Shown piece after piece: positions 11,564-23,415 of a DNA stretch of 64,000 bases (position 1 is its first letter; each line of letters starts with the position of its first letter). The DNA is from Lachnospiraceae bacterium (lineage in GTDB: Bacteria > Bacillota > Clostridia > Lachnospirales > Lachnospiraceae). The translations under genes and the position numbers were made by a program. The notes beneath the pieces were generated by a model, which saw only the letters and a list, made by a program, of their open reading frames with translations, was not told the origin of the DNA and searched no databases. The stretch spans positions 77,602 to 141,601 of the forward strand of contig JAFQOW010000015.1 in NCBI GenBank assembly GCA_017412055.1, in the 5' to 3' direction.

Positions 11564-12670
11564 ATGTATAGCGTTAAGAAGTTTTTTAGAAATATACCTA
11601 CAGGTATATTGATGATAGTAGGTTTTAGTATTCTGATGTTTATGATATTCAATACTTTAGTATTATTGAATTCTATTAATATGAAATCTAGTAACATTTA
11701 TAAATATAATCAAGAGTTAAGTATTTTTTTAGATTCAACTGAAAATAATTATGAGATTGATAGCTCTGAATTAGTAATTGGCAAAGGAAATATATATATT
11801 AATAATGAATCAGCGTATATTAATGAAATTAATATGGAAACAGTAGTACATGGTCTGGTGCAGTATAAAGAAGATTTAAAGTATGAGTTGAGTTATGGAA
11901 AATATCCCGCTTTGGATATAGAATACAATCAGCCTTCAGTGGTAGTGGGGTATGATATTTATAAAGAGGCAAGTGAAAAAGGAAATGACAGATACATTAC
12001 TATATTAGGAGTAGAATATAAGATAGTTGGTGTCCTACAAAAGAAAGTAGCGGACAATATAGATTACACAGTAATAGCTTTTATTGAATCTTTGCCTGAG
12101 AAAGACAGAAATGAGTATATAAGAAAAAGTACAAATAATTATAAAAATTATTATCTAGATTATCAAAGTGATAATTCTGATTATAGAAATGATGTAGAGA
12201 ATTTGATTGCTAAGTTAAAAAGTGACGAAATAAAAATTTTTTTATTGGAAGAACGTTTGACTGCAGGAGTTCATAGTGTTAACGATGGTATAGGTAGTTT
12301 TAAGAAGAATACTATATATTTGGTAGTAGTATGTTGCTTATTTAATTGTTTTGCAATAACTAATTTGTGGATAAGAAATAGATATATAGAATTGTCTATA
12401 AGAAAAGCTTATGGATATAACACAATTCAGATACTTTTACTATTAGCAAAAGATTTGGTTAAGTATGTGATAATATCAGTAGCGTTGGGTTTTGTAATGC
12501 AGATAATATATAATTTAATTAAAGGAACCAATCTGATAAGTGAAGCGGTGTTAGAGGATGTAATGAAGGTTTTTATTATGGGAATTATTGTGGTTTTTAT
12601 TACTGTAGCATTACAAGTATCAAAAGTAATTAAAATAGCACCTGCAAGTAGTATGAAGGAGGTGTTGTAA
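11564..12670 (+). CDS. FtsX/MacB-type ABC transporter permease
   Basis: TM1, a large extracytoplasmic loop, then 3 C-terminal TM helices (FtsX-like topology). AT-rich. AGGAG SD. Confidence 0.65.
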   Translation: MYSVKKFFRNIPTGILMIVGFSILMFMIFNTLVLLNSINMKSSNIYKYNQELSIFLDSTENNYEIDSSELVIGKGNIYINNESAYINEINMETVVHGLVQYKEDLKYELSYGKYPALDIEYNQPSVVVGYDIYKEASEKGNDRYITILGVEYKIVGVLQKKVADNIDYTVIAFIESLPEKDRNEYIRKSTNNYKNYYLDYQSDNSDYRNDVENLIAKLKSDEIKIFLLEERLTAGVHSVNDGIGSFKKNTIYLVVVCCLFNCFAITNLWIRNRYIELSIRKAYGYNTIQILLLLAKDLVKYVIISVALGFVMQIIYNLIKGTNLISEAVLEDVMKVFIMGIIVVFITVALQVSKVIKIAPASSMKEVL

Positions 12671-13938
12671 TGAGCATAAAGAATATATTTAAGTTTTCGC
12701 TTGATAATATGTCTAGGAGTAAAAAGAAATTAGCAATAGTCGTGCTATTACAGGTTGTTGTTTTTATTTTAGTAGGACAAGTTTTAATAGAATATAATAA
12801 ACAGAAATATATACTTGATAAATGTGAAAATATATTATCTGCTCCTCCAGAAAAGTGTGAGGCAATAGATTTTGAAAGTGCTGATTTGTCAGAAGAGAAG
12901 ACTATAGAATTTGTAAAAGAAATATATAAGACAGAGGGACTTTTGGCAGTTGGTCATGATTGTGCTGGAGTACAAGGTATAGTGAGTACAATCTTTAATG
13001 GAGAACTTCGAAACATACAAAGTAGTAATCCCTACAAAACATATATTGAAATGGATGACAGTTTACGATGTAGAGATACTCAGAAAAGTTTGATACCATA
13101 TTATGAGTTTGATTATGTAGACAAGCTGGATATTTCTAAAAATCAGCCTATGGATACAGCGTATCTGATATTAGGAAATGCCTATAAAGATATTAAGGTT
13201 GGCTCAGAACATATAGAAGTATTAGAGAATGGTATTGAAGTGCATTTTGTTGTAGTGGGAATACTTGAAAAAGGCGAAGAGTTTGTCGAAACAAAACTTG
13301 TAGATCCTCAGGAAATAGAAATTATAAATTGTGATTATGAGATTTTTATTATGTATCCAATGGAGGATTACCAATATTCAAGACCTTATGTTAGCTATGC
13401 GATAGATAAAAAGCATACAGTAGAAGAGATACATAATAAAATAATTGAAACTGCTGAGAAATATGGTCTTGCAAGAGATGATATATCTTTTTTAAATGCA
13501 AAAAAGAGTTTGGAAATATATAATGAACCAATGAATTATGTGGTAGGGATGATTCTGGATATTGCTATAATTATTACGATAGCAACAGTATTAGTGAGTA
13601 TATGTATTCAGTCTGTTACAATAATTGATTCTATGAATGTGTATGGTATTATGTATGCAAATGGTGTAACAAGAAAAGATGTGACACTGATGCTGGTATT
13701 AGAAAATTTAGTTAAATTGATTCTTTCGATAATAACGGCATACGCATTTGCAAGATGTTATTATAGTCTTGCATTTGATGAAACAGTTACCTTTTCAAAT
13801 GAATTAGCAGTGCTTAACAGTATAGTAATATATCAGGTGATAGGAATAGGTTTGCTTGTTATGGTAGCGTCAACGATTGTGCCATTAATAATAATAAATA
13901 GAAATACACCGTCTAAACTAATTAGGGAGATAATGTAG
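12670..13938 (+). CDS. FtsX/MacB-type ABC transporter permease (second subunit)
   Basis: Same topology as the preceding permease. ATGA overlap with the upstream gene. Confidence 0.65.
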   Translation: MSIKNIFKFSLDNMSRSKKKLAIVVLLQVVVFILVGQVLIEYNKQKYILDKCENILSAPPEKCEAIDFESADLSEEKTIEFVKEIYKTEGLLAVGHDCAGVQGIVSTIFNGELRNIQSSNPYKTYIEMDDSLRCRDTQKSLIPYYEFDYVDKLDISKNQPMDTAYLILGNAYKDIKVGSEHIEVLENGIEVHFVVVGILEKGEEFVETKLVDPQEIEIINCDYEIFIMYPMEDYQYSRPYVSYAIDKKHTVEEIHNKIIETAEKYGLARDDISFLNAKKSLEIYNEPMNYVVGMILDIAIIITIATVLVSICIQSVTIIDSMNVYGIMYANGVTRKDVTLMLVLENLVKLILSIITAYAFARCYYSLAFDETVTFSNELAVLNSIVIYQVIGIGLLVMVASTIVPLIIINRNTPSKLIREIM

Positions 13939-13940
13939 AG

Positions 13941-14612
13941 ATGATAAGATTAAATAATGTTACAAAAATATATGAAACACAGGGTATTAAAACAAATGCG
14001 CTTAACGGAATTAGTCTCGAAATAGAAGATGGAGAAATGATTGCGGTAATGGGACCTAGTGGTTCTGGAAAGTCAACGCTACTTAATATTATAGGTTGTA
14101 TGGATACGCTCACAAGTGGTAAATATGAATATAATGAGTGTGAAGTTAGTGCATTAAAACAAGGTCAGTTGAATGCATTTAGAAAAAAACATGTAAGTTT
14201 TGTTTTTCAGAATTTTGCATTAATGAAAGATTACACGGTATATGAAAATGTAGAGTTACCACTTTTACCAAGAAATATATCTAAAAAGGAACGAAAGAAA
14301 ATTGTTAATGAAAAGCTAGAGCTTATGGGTATATCTGAACTTGCAAAAAAGTTTCCTACACAAATTTCAGGAGGACAGCAACAAAGGTGTGCAATAGCAA
14401 GAGCCTTGGTCGCAGAAAATGATATAATCTTGGCAGATGAACCTACAGGCGCATTGGATAGTAAAACTGGCGATGATATTATGGAGATATTTAAACAAGT
14501 AAATAAAATGGGTAAAACTGTTATTATAATAACTCACGACCAGAAAGTTGCGGAAAAGTGTAATAGAATAATTAAAATCGAAGATGGAAAGATTAAGATC
14601 AATGCAAAGTAA
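13941..14612 (+). CDS. ABC transporter ATP-binding protein (MacB/LolD-type)
   Basis: Walker A GPSGSGKST, Q-loop, signature LSGGQQQRCAIARAL, Walker B ILADEPTGALD, H-loop ITHD. Confidence 0.9.
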   Translation: MIRLNNVTKIYETQGIKTNALNGISLEIEDGEMIAVMGPSGSGKSTLLNIIGCMDTLTSGKYEYNECEVSALKQGQLNAFRKKHVSFVFQNFALMKDYTVYENVELPLLPRNISKKERKKIVNEKLELMGISELAKKFPTQISGGQQQRCAIARALVAENDIILADEPTGALDSKTGDDIMEIFKQVNKMGKTVIIITHDQKVAEKCNRIIKIEDGKIKINAK

Positions 14613-15615
14613 AACGATAAAGAAAATAGAGATTATTATAATATTTATTGTGCTAATATATGGTATACAGCTTATATATGTGTGGAATTCGCACCAACAA
14701 TTCTATAAAGAGGGATATATTCTGGCAGAAATAGGTCGGGATGATTTGTCAGTTGGTGAGTATGTTTCGTTTTATATTGATGATTATATAAATAAAGAGA
14801 CACAGACTTATCTAGGTAATGAATATGATATTTATACGGTATTGATAGAGCGAAAAACCAGTGAGCATGAAGATATTTACATACAAGTAATGGCTAAGGA
14901 ACAAGAGACAAAACAGAAATTGAATAATAAGGGGAATAATAAGGTGTATTTTCAAGGGGAAGTGATTAGTGCACCCTTTGGTGGATTTGAATTTAATAAA
15001 GATATACATAAAAACACGGATGAAGTTGATTATTATGATGTTGGTAAACTTATACTTAATGAAGCAATTATAGAGACAGAAGTACCAGATGAAGGGTATA
15101 AACTGTATTTAGGAATTGCGTTAGTAATTCTTTCGCTTGTCGTGTATCGTCTTATAGGAGGAATAGAAAGTTGTGTTCCTGATGTGAAAATAAAATCTAA
15201 TAAATATGATGAATACAACTTTGAATATTATGCTAATACACATAATATGGAAAATGAATTGCTATGTGAGAAGGATAATTTAATAAGCCTTCAAAGGGAG
15301 CAGATTGTTAATAAAAAAGTTAGCAATATATTGTGTGCTATATTTGCTGTGGGATTCTTATTATTTGTAGGAGATGCAACCTATTTTCGAGGAACGATTA
15401 TAGGGGTAATAGCCTTAGTTATAAAAATGTTTGGTTGTATTCTTATGTTTATCAGCATAGGTGGTGTTTGGTCTAGATTTATTAATTCGTCACATAAGTT
15501 GGCAGTTTATATTGCTCATAAATTTGATAAGAGATCTATTCATTTGGAAATAGAAACTTGTAAGAAAAATATAGAATATCTCGAAAGAATAATGGAAGAA
15601 AAAAATATAAATTAG
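14584..15615 (+). CDS. hypothetical membrane protein (last gene of the peptide/ABC cluster)
   Basis: Hydrophobic helices at the N-terminus and around residues 180-280. Overlaps the ATPase stop. No recognisable domain. Confidence 0.5.
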   Translation: MERLRSMQSKTIKKIEIIIIFIVLIYGIQLIYVWNSHQQFYKEGYILAEIGRDDLSVGEYVSFYIDDYINKETQTYLGNEYDIYTVLIERKTSEHEDIYIQVMAKEQETKQKLNNKGNNKVYFQGEVISAPFGGFEFNKDIHKNTDEVDYYDVGKLILNEAIIETEVPDEGYKLYLGIALVILSLVVYRLIGGIESCVPDVKIKSNKYDEYNFEYYANTHNMENELLCEKDNLISLQREQIVNKKVSNILCAIFAVGFLLFVGDATYFRGTIIGVIALVIKMFGCILMFISIGGVWSRFINSSHKLAVYIAHKFDKRSIHLEIETCKKNIEYLERIMEEKNIN

Positions 15616-15659
15616 CAACACGGCTTAAATTATATTATGAAAAGCTGCCAATTGAAGAT

Positions 15660-15690
15660 TGTTAAAAGCCCCCTTTACAGTGGGGCTTTT
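15660..15690 (+). terminator. rho-independent terminator
   Basis: AAAGCCCCctttacagtGGGGCTTTTgtgtt. Confidence 0.65.
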
Positions 15691-15736
15691 GTGTTGTAAA
15701 ATAGACATAGCTATGTTATTTAGGAGGCATTTAAAA

Positions 15737-17395
15737 ATGGAAGAAACAGTAGTTTCAAAAAATTTTATTGAACAGATTATTGAGAAAGATTTAGCGGAAG
15801 GCGTATACGACCATGTGATGACTCGTTTTCCACCTGAACCAAATGGATATCTTCATATAGGACATGCTAAGTCTATATTATTAAATTATGGCTTGGCCAA
15901 GCAGTATGGTGGTAAGTTTAACCTTCGTTTTGATGATACTAATCCTACAAAGGAGAAGACAGAGTTCGTTGAGTCTATTAAGGCTGATGTAGAATGGCTT
16001 GGTGCAGATTTTGAAGACAGATTATTCTATGCATCTGATTATTTTGATAAGATGCATGAGGCTGCCATAGAGCTTATTAAGAAGGGTAAGGCATTTGTAT
16101 GTGACCTTTCAGCAGATGAGATTAGAGAATATAGAGGTACTCTTACAGAGCCAGGTAAGAATAGCCCATACAGAGATAGAAGCATCGAAGAGAACTTAAA
16201 GTTATTCCAGGAGATGACAGATGGAAAGTATGAAGATGGTTCTAAGGTTCTTCGTGCGAAGATTGATATGTCATCACCTAATATCAATATGAGAGATCCG
16301 GTTATCTACAGAGTGGCTAGAATGACTCATCACAATACTGGTGATAAGTGGTGTGTATATCCTATGTATGATTTTGCTCATCCTATCGAGGATGCTATCG
16401 AGGGTATTACACATTCTATTTGTACACTTGAGTTTGAAGATCATAGACCACTTTATGACTGGGTAGTAAAGGAACTTGGCTACGAGCAGCCACCTAAGCA
16501 GATTGAGTTTGCAAAGCTTTACCTTACAAATGTTATCACAGGTAAGAGATATATTAAAAAGCTTGTAGAAGATGGTATCGTAGACGGTTGGGATGACCCA
16601 AGACTTGTATCTATAAGTGCTCTTAGAAGAAGAGGCTTTACACCAGAGTCTATTAAGAAGTTCGTTGAGCTTTGCGGTGTATCTAAGGCTAACAGTTCTG
16701 TAGATTATGCAATGCTTGAGTACTGTATCAGAGAAGACTTAAAGCTTAAGAGACCAAGAGCTATGGCTATTCTTGACCCTATTAAGCTTATAATAGACAA
16801 TTATCCAGAAGGTGAAGTTGAGTATCTTGATGCTGACAATAACCTTGAGAATCCTGAGCTTGGTTCAAGAAAGCTTCCATTTAGCAGAGAGTTATATATT
16901 GAGAGAGATGACTTTATGGAGGAGCCACCTAAGAAATATTTTAGACTCTTTCCAGGTAATGAAGTTCGTCTTATGAATGCGTACTTTGTTAAGTGTGAAA
17001 GCTTTGTAAAGGATGAGAATGGCAATGTAGTAGAAGTACATTGTACATATGATCCTGAGACAAAGAGTGGAAGCGGATTTGAAGGTAGAAAAGTAAAAGG
17101 TACTATTCATTGGGTAAGTGCAAAAGAAGCAATTAAAGCTGAAGTGAGACTTTACGAGAATATCGTTGACGAGGAGAAGGGCAAGCTTAATGAGGATGGA
17201 ACTCTAAATCTTAATCCTAATTCTTTAACAGTACTTAAGGATTGTTATGTTGAACCTAGTCTTGCCAGCGCAAAAGCATATGACAGCTTCCAGTTTGTAA
17301 GACAGGGATTTTTCTGTGTGGACTGTAAGGATAGTACAGAAGACAATCTTGTGTTCAATAGAATTGTTTCTCTTAAGAGCTCATTTAAGTTGTAA
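15737..17395 (+). CDS. glnS: glutamine--tRNA ligase
   Basis: Class I HIGH motif ([14 protein letters not shown]) and GlnRS-type core ([10 protein letters not shown]). AGGAGG SD 9 nt before the ATG at 15737. The tracked ORF starts at 15659, inside the terminator. Confidence 0.9.
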   Translation: MEETVVSKNFIEQIIEKDLAEGVYDHVMTRFPPEPNGYLHIGHAKSILLNYGLAKQYGGKFNLRFDDTNPTKEKTEFVESIKADVEWLGADFEDRLFYASDYFDKMHEAAIELIKKGKAFVCDLSADEIREYRGTLTEPGKNSPYRDRSIEENLKLFQEMTDGKYEDGSKVLRAKIDMSSPNINMRDPVIYRVARMTHHNTGDKWCVYPMYDFAHPIEDAIEGITHSICTLEFEDHRPLYDWVVKELGYEQPPKQIEFAKLYLTNVITGKRYIKKLVEDGIVDGWDDPRLVSISALRRRGFTPESIKKFVELCGVSKANSSVDYAMLEYCIREDLKLKRPRAMAILDPIKLIIDNYPEGEVEYLDADNNLENPELGSRKLPFSRELYIERDDFMEEPPKKYFRLFPGNEVRLMNAYFVKCESFVKDENGNVVEVHCTYDPETKSGSGFEGRKVKGTIHWVSAKEAIKAEVRLYENIVDEEKGKLNEDGTLNLNPNSLTVLKDCYVEPSLASAKAYDSFQFVRQGFFCVDCKDSTEDNLVFNRIVSLKSSFKL

Positions 17396-17420
17396 AATAC
17401 ACATAGAGAGAAGGTAGCCT

Positions 17421-18263
17421 ATGAGCGATAGTTTATTTTCTGACCTTAGTAAGGTTGGACTAAATATGCTCTCAGATATGGATTTATATGGGAGCGACAG
17501 TAAAGATGATGAAATGGAAAAAAAGGAGAAAGCCGTACCAGCAGGACCTGTAGAGAAGGATTTCTTATTTGATAAGGGCTATAGATGTCCGGTGTGCGAT
17601 TCTGAATTTAAAGCTAAGGCTGTAAGAGTAGGAAAGGCTAAGATGATAGGTGCAGATACTGATTTGCGCCCTAAGTATCAGGGAATAGATTCACTTAAGT
17701 ATGATTGTATCGTGTGTAACAAGTGTGGATATTCTTCTCTTAGCAGATTTTTCAATAATATTACAGCAGGACAGGCAAAGCTTATTAAAACTAATATTTC
17801 ACCTTATTTTAAGGGTGTGGATGATAAGTGTGAGACATATTCCTATGATGAAGCTATTCTTCGTCATCAGTTGGCACTTGCCAATACTGTTGTTAAGAAA
17901 GGTAAGGCCAGTGAAAAGGCATATACTTGCTTGAAATTAGCATGGTTAATAAGAGGACAGATGGAAAATCTTCCATCTGATACTCAGGATAAGGCGAAGG
18001 TTATAGAAGGTCTTAAAGCAAAAGAGAAGGAATACATATCAAAGGCATATGAGGGCTTTGTAGTAGCTATGGCTAAGGAGATGCCACCTATATGTGGAAT
18101 GGATGAGTGGACCTGCGTATATTTAGTAGCTGAGCTTGCAAGACAATGCGAAGATTATGCTAAATCTATGAAACTGTTGTCAGATTTGATTGTTTCAAAG
18201 GCTGCATCTACAAAGCTTAAGGATAAAGCAAGAGAGATGCGTAAGCTTTTACCAAAGGAGTAA
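17421..18263 (+). CDS. hypothetical protein with N-terminal zinc ribbons (DUF2225-like)
   Basis: CPVCDSEF...CIVCNKCGY pairs followed by a helical domain. The family name is from memory and not verified. Confidence 0.55.
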   Translation: MSDSLFSDLSKVGLNMLSDMDLYGSDSKDDEMEKKEKAVPAGPVEKDFLFDKGYRCPVCDSEFKAKAVRVGKAKMIGADTDLRPKYQGIDSLKYDCIVCNKCGYSSLSRFFNNITAGQAKLIKTNISPYFKGVDDKCETYSYDEAILRHQLALANTVVKKGKASEKAYTCLKLAWLIRGQMENLPSDTQDKAKVIEGLKAKEKEYISKAYEGFVVAMAKEMPPICGMDEWTCVYLVAELARQCEDYAKSMKLLSDLIVSKAASTKLKDKAREMRKLLPKE

Positions 18264-18265
18264 TT

Positions 18266-18976
18266 ATGGCAGAAAAACTATATACAATACCAGTTAATGA
18301 TACATTTGATATGGATTGTGAATGTCCAGTATGTGAAATGTATAGAAAGCTGGAAAATGATGCACTGGATTTTACGTTGGGACCTTCCTATATGGAAGAA
18401 GATATTCGTGCTATGACAGATAAGGCAGGTTTTTGTAAGGATCATGTAGCTAAGATGTATGTAAAAGGCAATCGTCTAGGTATGGCACTTATGTACCAGA
18501 CACATACATATGAGTTAATCAAGCAGCTAGAGAAGATTAAGCCAGAGTCAAAGGGCGGATTTTTAAAGAAGGCGGATAATTCTAAGCTTGAATCGTATAT
18601 AAAGGAGCTTAGTGGTTCATGCTTTATTTGTAACAGAATAAATGATGTATTCGAAAGATATATTATTACAATAATGTATCTTTGGAAAAATGATAATGAT
18701 TTCAAAGAAAAGTATAAGAAATCAAAAGGCTTTTGTATTGAGCATTATGGAATGCTTATTGAATATGCTTCAAAGGAATTATCAGGAAAGAATCTTGAAG
18801 AATTTGTGGAAGTAACTAGAAGCTTATTTTTAGATAATATGAAGAGAGTAAAGGAAGATCTCGACTGGTTTATCGATAAGTTTGATTATAGATATAAGGA
18901 TGAACCATGGAAGAACAGTAAGGACGCACTTCCTAGAATGCTTCAGAAGGTAAATGGCTCAGACATAAAAGAGTAG
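18266..18976 (+). CDS. hypothetical Cys-rich protein (CPVCEMY...CFICNRIND...FCIEHYG)
   Basis: Tracked ORF lying 3 nt after the previous stop. Conserved-looking cysteine and histidine pairs. Confidence 0.55.
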   Translation: MAEKLYTIPVNDTFDMDCECPVCEMYRKLENDALDFTLGPSYMEEDIRAMTDKAGFCKDHVAKMYVKGNRLGMALMYQTHTYELIKQLEKIKPESKGGFLKKADNSKLESYIKELSGSCFICNRINDVFERYIITIMYLWKNDNDFKEKYKKSKGFCIEHYGMLIEYASKELSGKNLEEFVEVTRSLFLDNMKRVKEDLDWFIDKFDYRYKDEPWKNSKDALPRMLQKVNGSDIKE

Positions 18977-18977
18977 A

Positions 18978-19016
18978 AAATATCCCACCAGCTATGCTGG
19001 TGGGATTTGTTGTTTT
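18978..19016. terminator. bidirectional rho-independent terminator
   Basis: ATCCCACCAGCatagCTGGTGGGAT flanked by A/T runs. It separates convergent genes. Confidence 0.7.
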
Positions 19017-19027
19017 AGATAATCTAA

Positions 19028-19294
19028 TTATTCTGTAACCTCTGCGTCAGCTGCATCTGTAGCATCAGCATCTTCAGCAGCAGTGTTATCTGTTGTAATA
19101 GATGTGTAATTTCTTGAGTCAACGTCTAAATCTAAATCGTCGAAGTCATCATCGAAATCGTCATCATCGAAATCATCGAAATCGTCATCACAATCAAACT
19201 TGTTCTCTTGAACCTTCTTGTATATTGCAATTCCGCCTGCTACTGCAGCAGCTGTAAGAGCTGTGTAAGTAAGAAATTTCTTAAAACTAGCCAT
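19028..19294 (-). CDS. small membrane-anchored protein with an extremely acidic D/F-repeat tail
   Basis: N-terminal TM helix (LTYTALTAAAVAGGIAIY) then DDDFDDFDDDDFDDDFDDLDLDVD. GGAGG SD. Confidence 0.5.
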   Translation of the reverse strand: MASFKKFLTYTALTAAAVAGGIAIYKKVQENKFDCDDDFDDFDDDDFDDDFDDLDLDVDSRNYTSITTDNTAAEDADATDAADAEVTE

Positions 19295-19467
19295 TTAAAA
19301 CCTCCATTCTGTCGTTTGCACGACACCCTTTTCTTTATAATATATTCTATTGTAATACTTTTTTTGGAAAAAATAAAGTATAAAATTGGTGCAATAAGTA
19401 TTATTTTTTGTTAAAATGAAAAAGCTGAAGAAAAAATACTTAAGGATGAGGTTAACAGTTAAAGTAT

Positions 19468-20292
19468 ATGGAAGAAACGAATAAATTATGTAATACAGAA
19501 GAAAAAAAGGCAATTTTCTTTGATATAGATGGAACACTTCATTGTGCTTCTGTGGGTATTCCTTTATCGGCTAAGGAAGGAATTAAAAAATTAAAAGAAA
19601 AAGGACATTTGGTATTTATTTGTACTGGCAGAACAAAGGCTATGTTGTTTAATGAATTAGATGATATGGGATTTGATGGTATAATAGCAGGTGCTGGAAC
19701 ATATGTTGAATATGAAAAAGAAGTCTTATATCGCTATGATTTGGATGAGGAAACTGCAAGATGTATTGCCACTGATTTTAGAGCTAAAGATATTATACCA
19801 GTTCCAGAAGGACATGATATTTTTTATTTGGAGGATGAAAGTAAATGGTCAGAGGAATATAGGTATGTATATGAAAAATATTATTCTAATGTAGGCGGAC
19901 ACATAGAGAAAATGCCAAAGGATGATAAAGGCATCAAATGTGCAAAGATGAGTGGTATCCTTCATAAGGATTCGCATATAGAAAAGGCTAGAGCTACTTA
20001 TGAAGAGGATTATCACGTAGTATTTCATGGCAATGTGATAATTGAACTTATACCAAAGGGATTTTCAAAGGCTGAAGGTATAAAGCTAATTCTTGATAAG
20101 CTGGGAATAAGTAAAGAGAATACCTACGCTTTTGGCGATAGCATGAATGATTATGAAATGCTTGAGTATGTACAATATGGTGTAGCTATGGGACATTCAG
20201 ATGAGAGACTCCTAAAGGTAGCTTCATATGTGACAGATACAGTGGAAAATGACGGAATATACAAGGCTCTTGAAAAGTATGGTTTGATATAA
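19468..20292 (+). CDS. Cof-type HAD-IIB family hydrolase (sugar-phosphatase-like)
   Basis: Motif I FFDIDGTL, motif II ICTGR, motif IV GDSMNDYEML. Confidence 0.85.
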   Translation: MEETNKLCNTEEKKAIFFDIDGTLHCASVGIPLSAKEGIKKLKEKGHLVFICTGRTKAMLFNELDDMGFDGIIAGAGTYVEYEKEVLYRYDLDEETARCIATDFRAKDIIPVPEGHDIFYLEDESKWSEEYRYVYEKYYSNVGGHIEKMPKDDKGIKCAKMSGILHKDSHIEKARATYEEDYHVVFHGNVIIELIPKGFSKAEGIKLILDKLGISKENTYAFGDSMNDYEMLEYVQYGVAMGHSDERLLKVASYVTDTVENDGIYKALEKYGLI

Positions 20293-20306
20293 ATAAGGGT
20301 GATAAA

Positions 20307-21176
20307 ATGCGTATTGAAGAGAAAAATGGCAATTTAATATTAACTAAAGTTAAGGACTTTAATATTGAACAGATTTTAGAATGTGGACAATGCTTTCATT
20401 TTGTTAAATTAAATGAGATGGAATATGTAACTGTGGCTTATGACAGGGCATTACACATAAAGCAAGAGGCTGACACGGTAATTTTGTATAATACAGATAT
20501 GAAGGAATATGATTCCATATGGAAGCATTATTTTGATATGGATACTGATTATGGTAAGATTAAACAATATCTTATGGATAATTGTGAGGAGCTTAAAGAG
20601 GCTATAAAACAAAAATCAGGAATTAGGATTTTAAGACAGGATTTTACAGAGACATTATTATCCTTTATAATATCTCAAAATAAGCAGATTCCCCATATAA
20701 AGCAAATAGTGGCAAGTATTTCTAAGGAATATGGCAAATTAGCAGGAGTTATTGATGGCGTAGAATTTTATTGTTTTCCCAAGCTTGATGAATTACTTAA
20801 GATTTCAGAGGATGATTTTAGAAGCTTAAAGACTGGATTTAGAGCTCCTTACCTGTGTGATGCTATTAGACATTTAAAGGAATGGGGTGAATTGGAGGGC
20901 TTTGTACAGTTATCCTTTGAAGAAGCTAAAAGCAAGCTAATGACTATAAAGGGAGTGGGGGATAAGGTTGCTAACTGTGTTTTATTATTTGGTTTAGGAT
21001 ATACAAGTGCATTTCCAGTGGATGTATGGATTAAGAGAATTATGGAAAGTATATATTTTAAAGAAGATACACCAAAAGAAAAGATTATGGATTACGCTAA
21101 AGAAAGATTTGGCCAATTCGGGGGATATGCACAACAGTATTTGTTTTATTTTGCAAGAGACGGAAAAATAAGTTAA
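20307..21176 (+). CDS. 8-oxoguanine DNA glycosylase / AP lyase (Ogg1-type HhH-GPD)
   Basis: HhH-GPD element IKGVGDKVANCVLLFGLGYTSAFPVDVWIKR closely parallels the Ogg1 catalytic Lys/Asp motif. Length about 289 aa, as in clostridial Ogg. Confidence 0.7.
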   Translation: MRIEEKNGNLILTKVKDFNIEQILECGQCFHFVKLNEMEYVTVAYDRALHIKQEADTVILYNTDMKEYDSIWKHYFDMDTDYGKIKQYLMDNCEELKEAIKQKSGIRILRQDFTETLLSFIISQNKQIPHIKQIVASISKEYGKLAGVIDGVEFYCFPKLDELLKISEDDFRSLKTGFRAPYLCDAIRHLKEWGELEGFVQLSFEEAKSKLMTIKGVGDKVANCVLLFGLGYTSAFPVDVWIKRIMESIYFKEDTPKEKIMDYAKERFGQFGGYAQQYLFYFARDGKIS

Positions 21177-21182
21177 TACTAT

Positions 21183-21211
21183 TGACATATGTGGGAATGA
21201 GGTATAAAATA
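21183..21211 (+). promoter_or_regulatory. sigmaA promoter of groESL (TTGACA-N17-TAAAAT)
   Basis: TTGACAtatgtgggaatgaggtaTAAAAT, immediately upstream of CIRCE. Confidence 0.6.
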
Positions 21212-21222
21212 CATTTTAGATA

Positions 21223-21249
21223 TTAGCACTCTAATTAAATGAGTGCTAA
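21223..21249 (+). promoter_or_regulatory. CIRCE operator of the groES-groEL operon
   Basis: Exact TTAGCACTCtaattaaatGAGTGCTAA, 49 bp upstream of groES. Confidence 0.92.
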
Positions 21250-21297
21250 CTTATAAAATTATGGTAAATTGAAAATTATTTATAGGAGGAATTAATT

Positions 21298-21561
21298 ATG
21301 AATTTAAAGCCATTAGGTGACAGATTAGTAATCAAGCAGGTTGTAGCAGAAGAGACAACTAAGTCTGGTATCGTTATTCCAGGACAGACAAAGGAAAAGC
21401 CACAGGAGGCAACTGTTGTTGCAATCGGTAGTGAAGTAAAGGAAGATTTAAAGGTTGGAGATACTGTGGTATATTCTAAGTACGCAGGAACTAGCATTAA
21501 GGTTGAGGATGAGGAATACATAATCGTTAAAGAAGAGGATGTATTAGCTGTATTTGAGTAA
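21298..21561 (+). CDS. groES: co-chaperonin GroES
   Basis: MNLKPLGDRLVIK...GIVIPGQTKEKPQEATVVAIG...VKVGDTVVYSKYAGT. AGGAGG SD. Confidence 0.95.
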   Translation: MNLKPLGDRLVIKQVVAEETTKSGIVIPGQTKEKPQEATVVAIGSEVKEDLKVGDTVVYSKYAGTSIKVEDEEYIIVKEEDVLAVFE

Positions 21562-21747
21562 GGTGTAACTAGAATTCTACGGATTGTTACGTGCTACGCA
21601 CTTTCACAATCCTACACAATATTCGTATATCGTGGAGCTAGCGCCCCACTTTTATACTCATATTGTGGCGTGTCAAGACGTCATATAACCACCTATGTGC
21701 AAGCACATGTGGTTAATGAGTTTTTGACACTGAAATCATCATAATAA

Positions 21748-23388
<1,641 letters not shown>

Positions 23389-23415
23389 TAAGACACATAC
23401 AGATAGGAGAAACAA

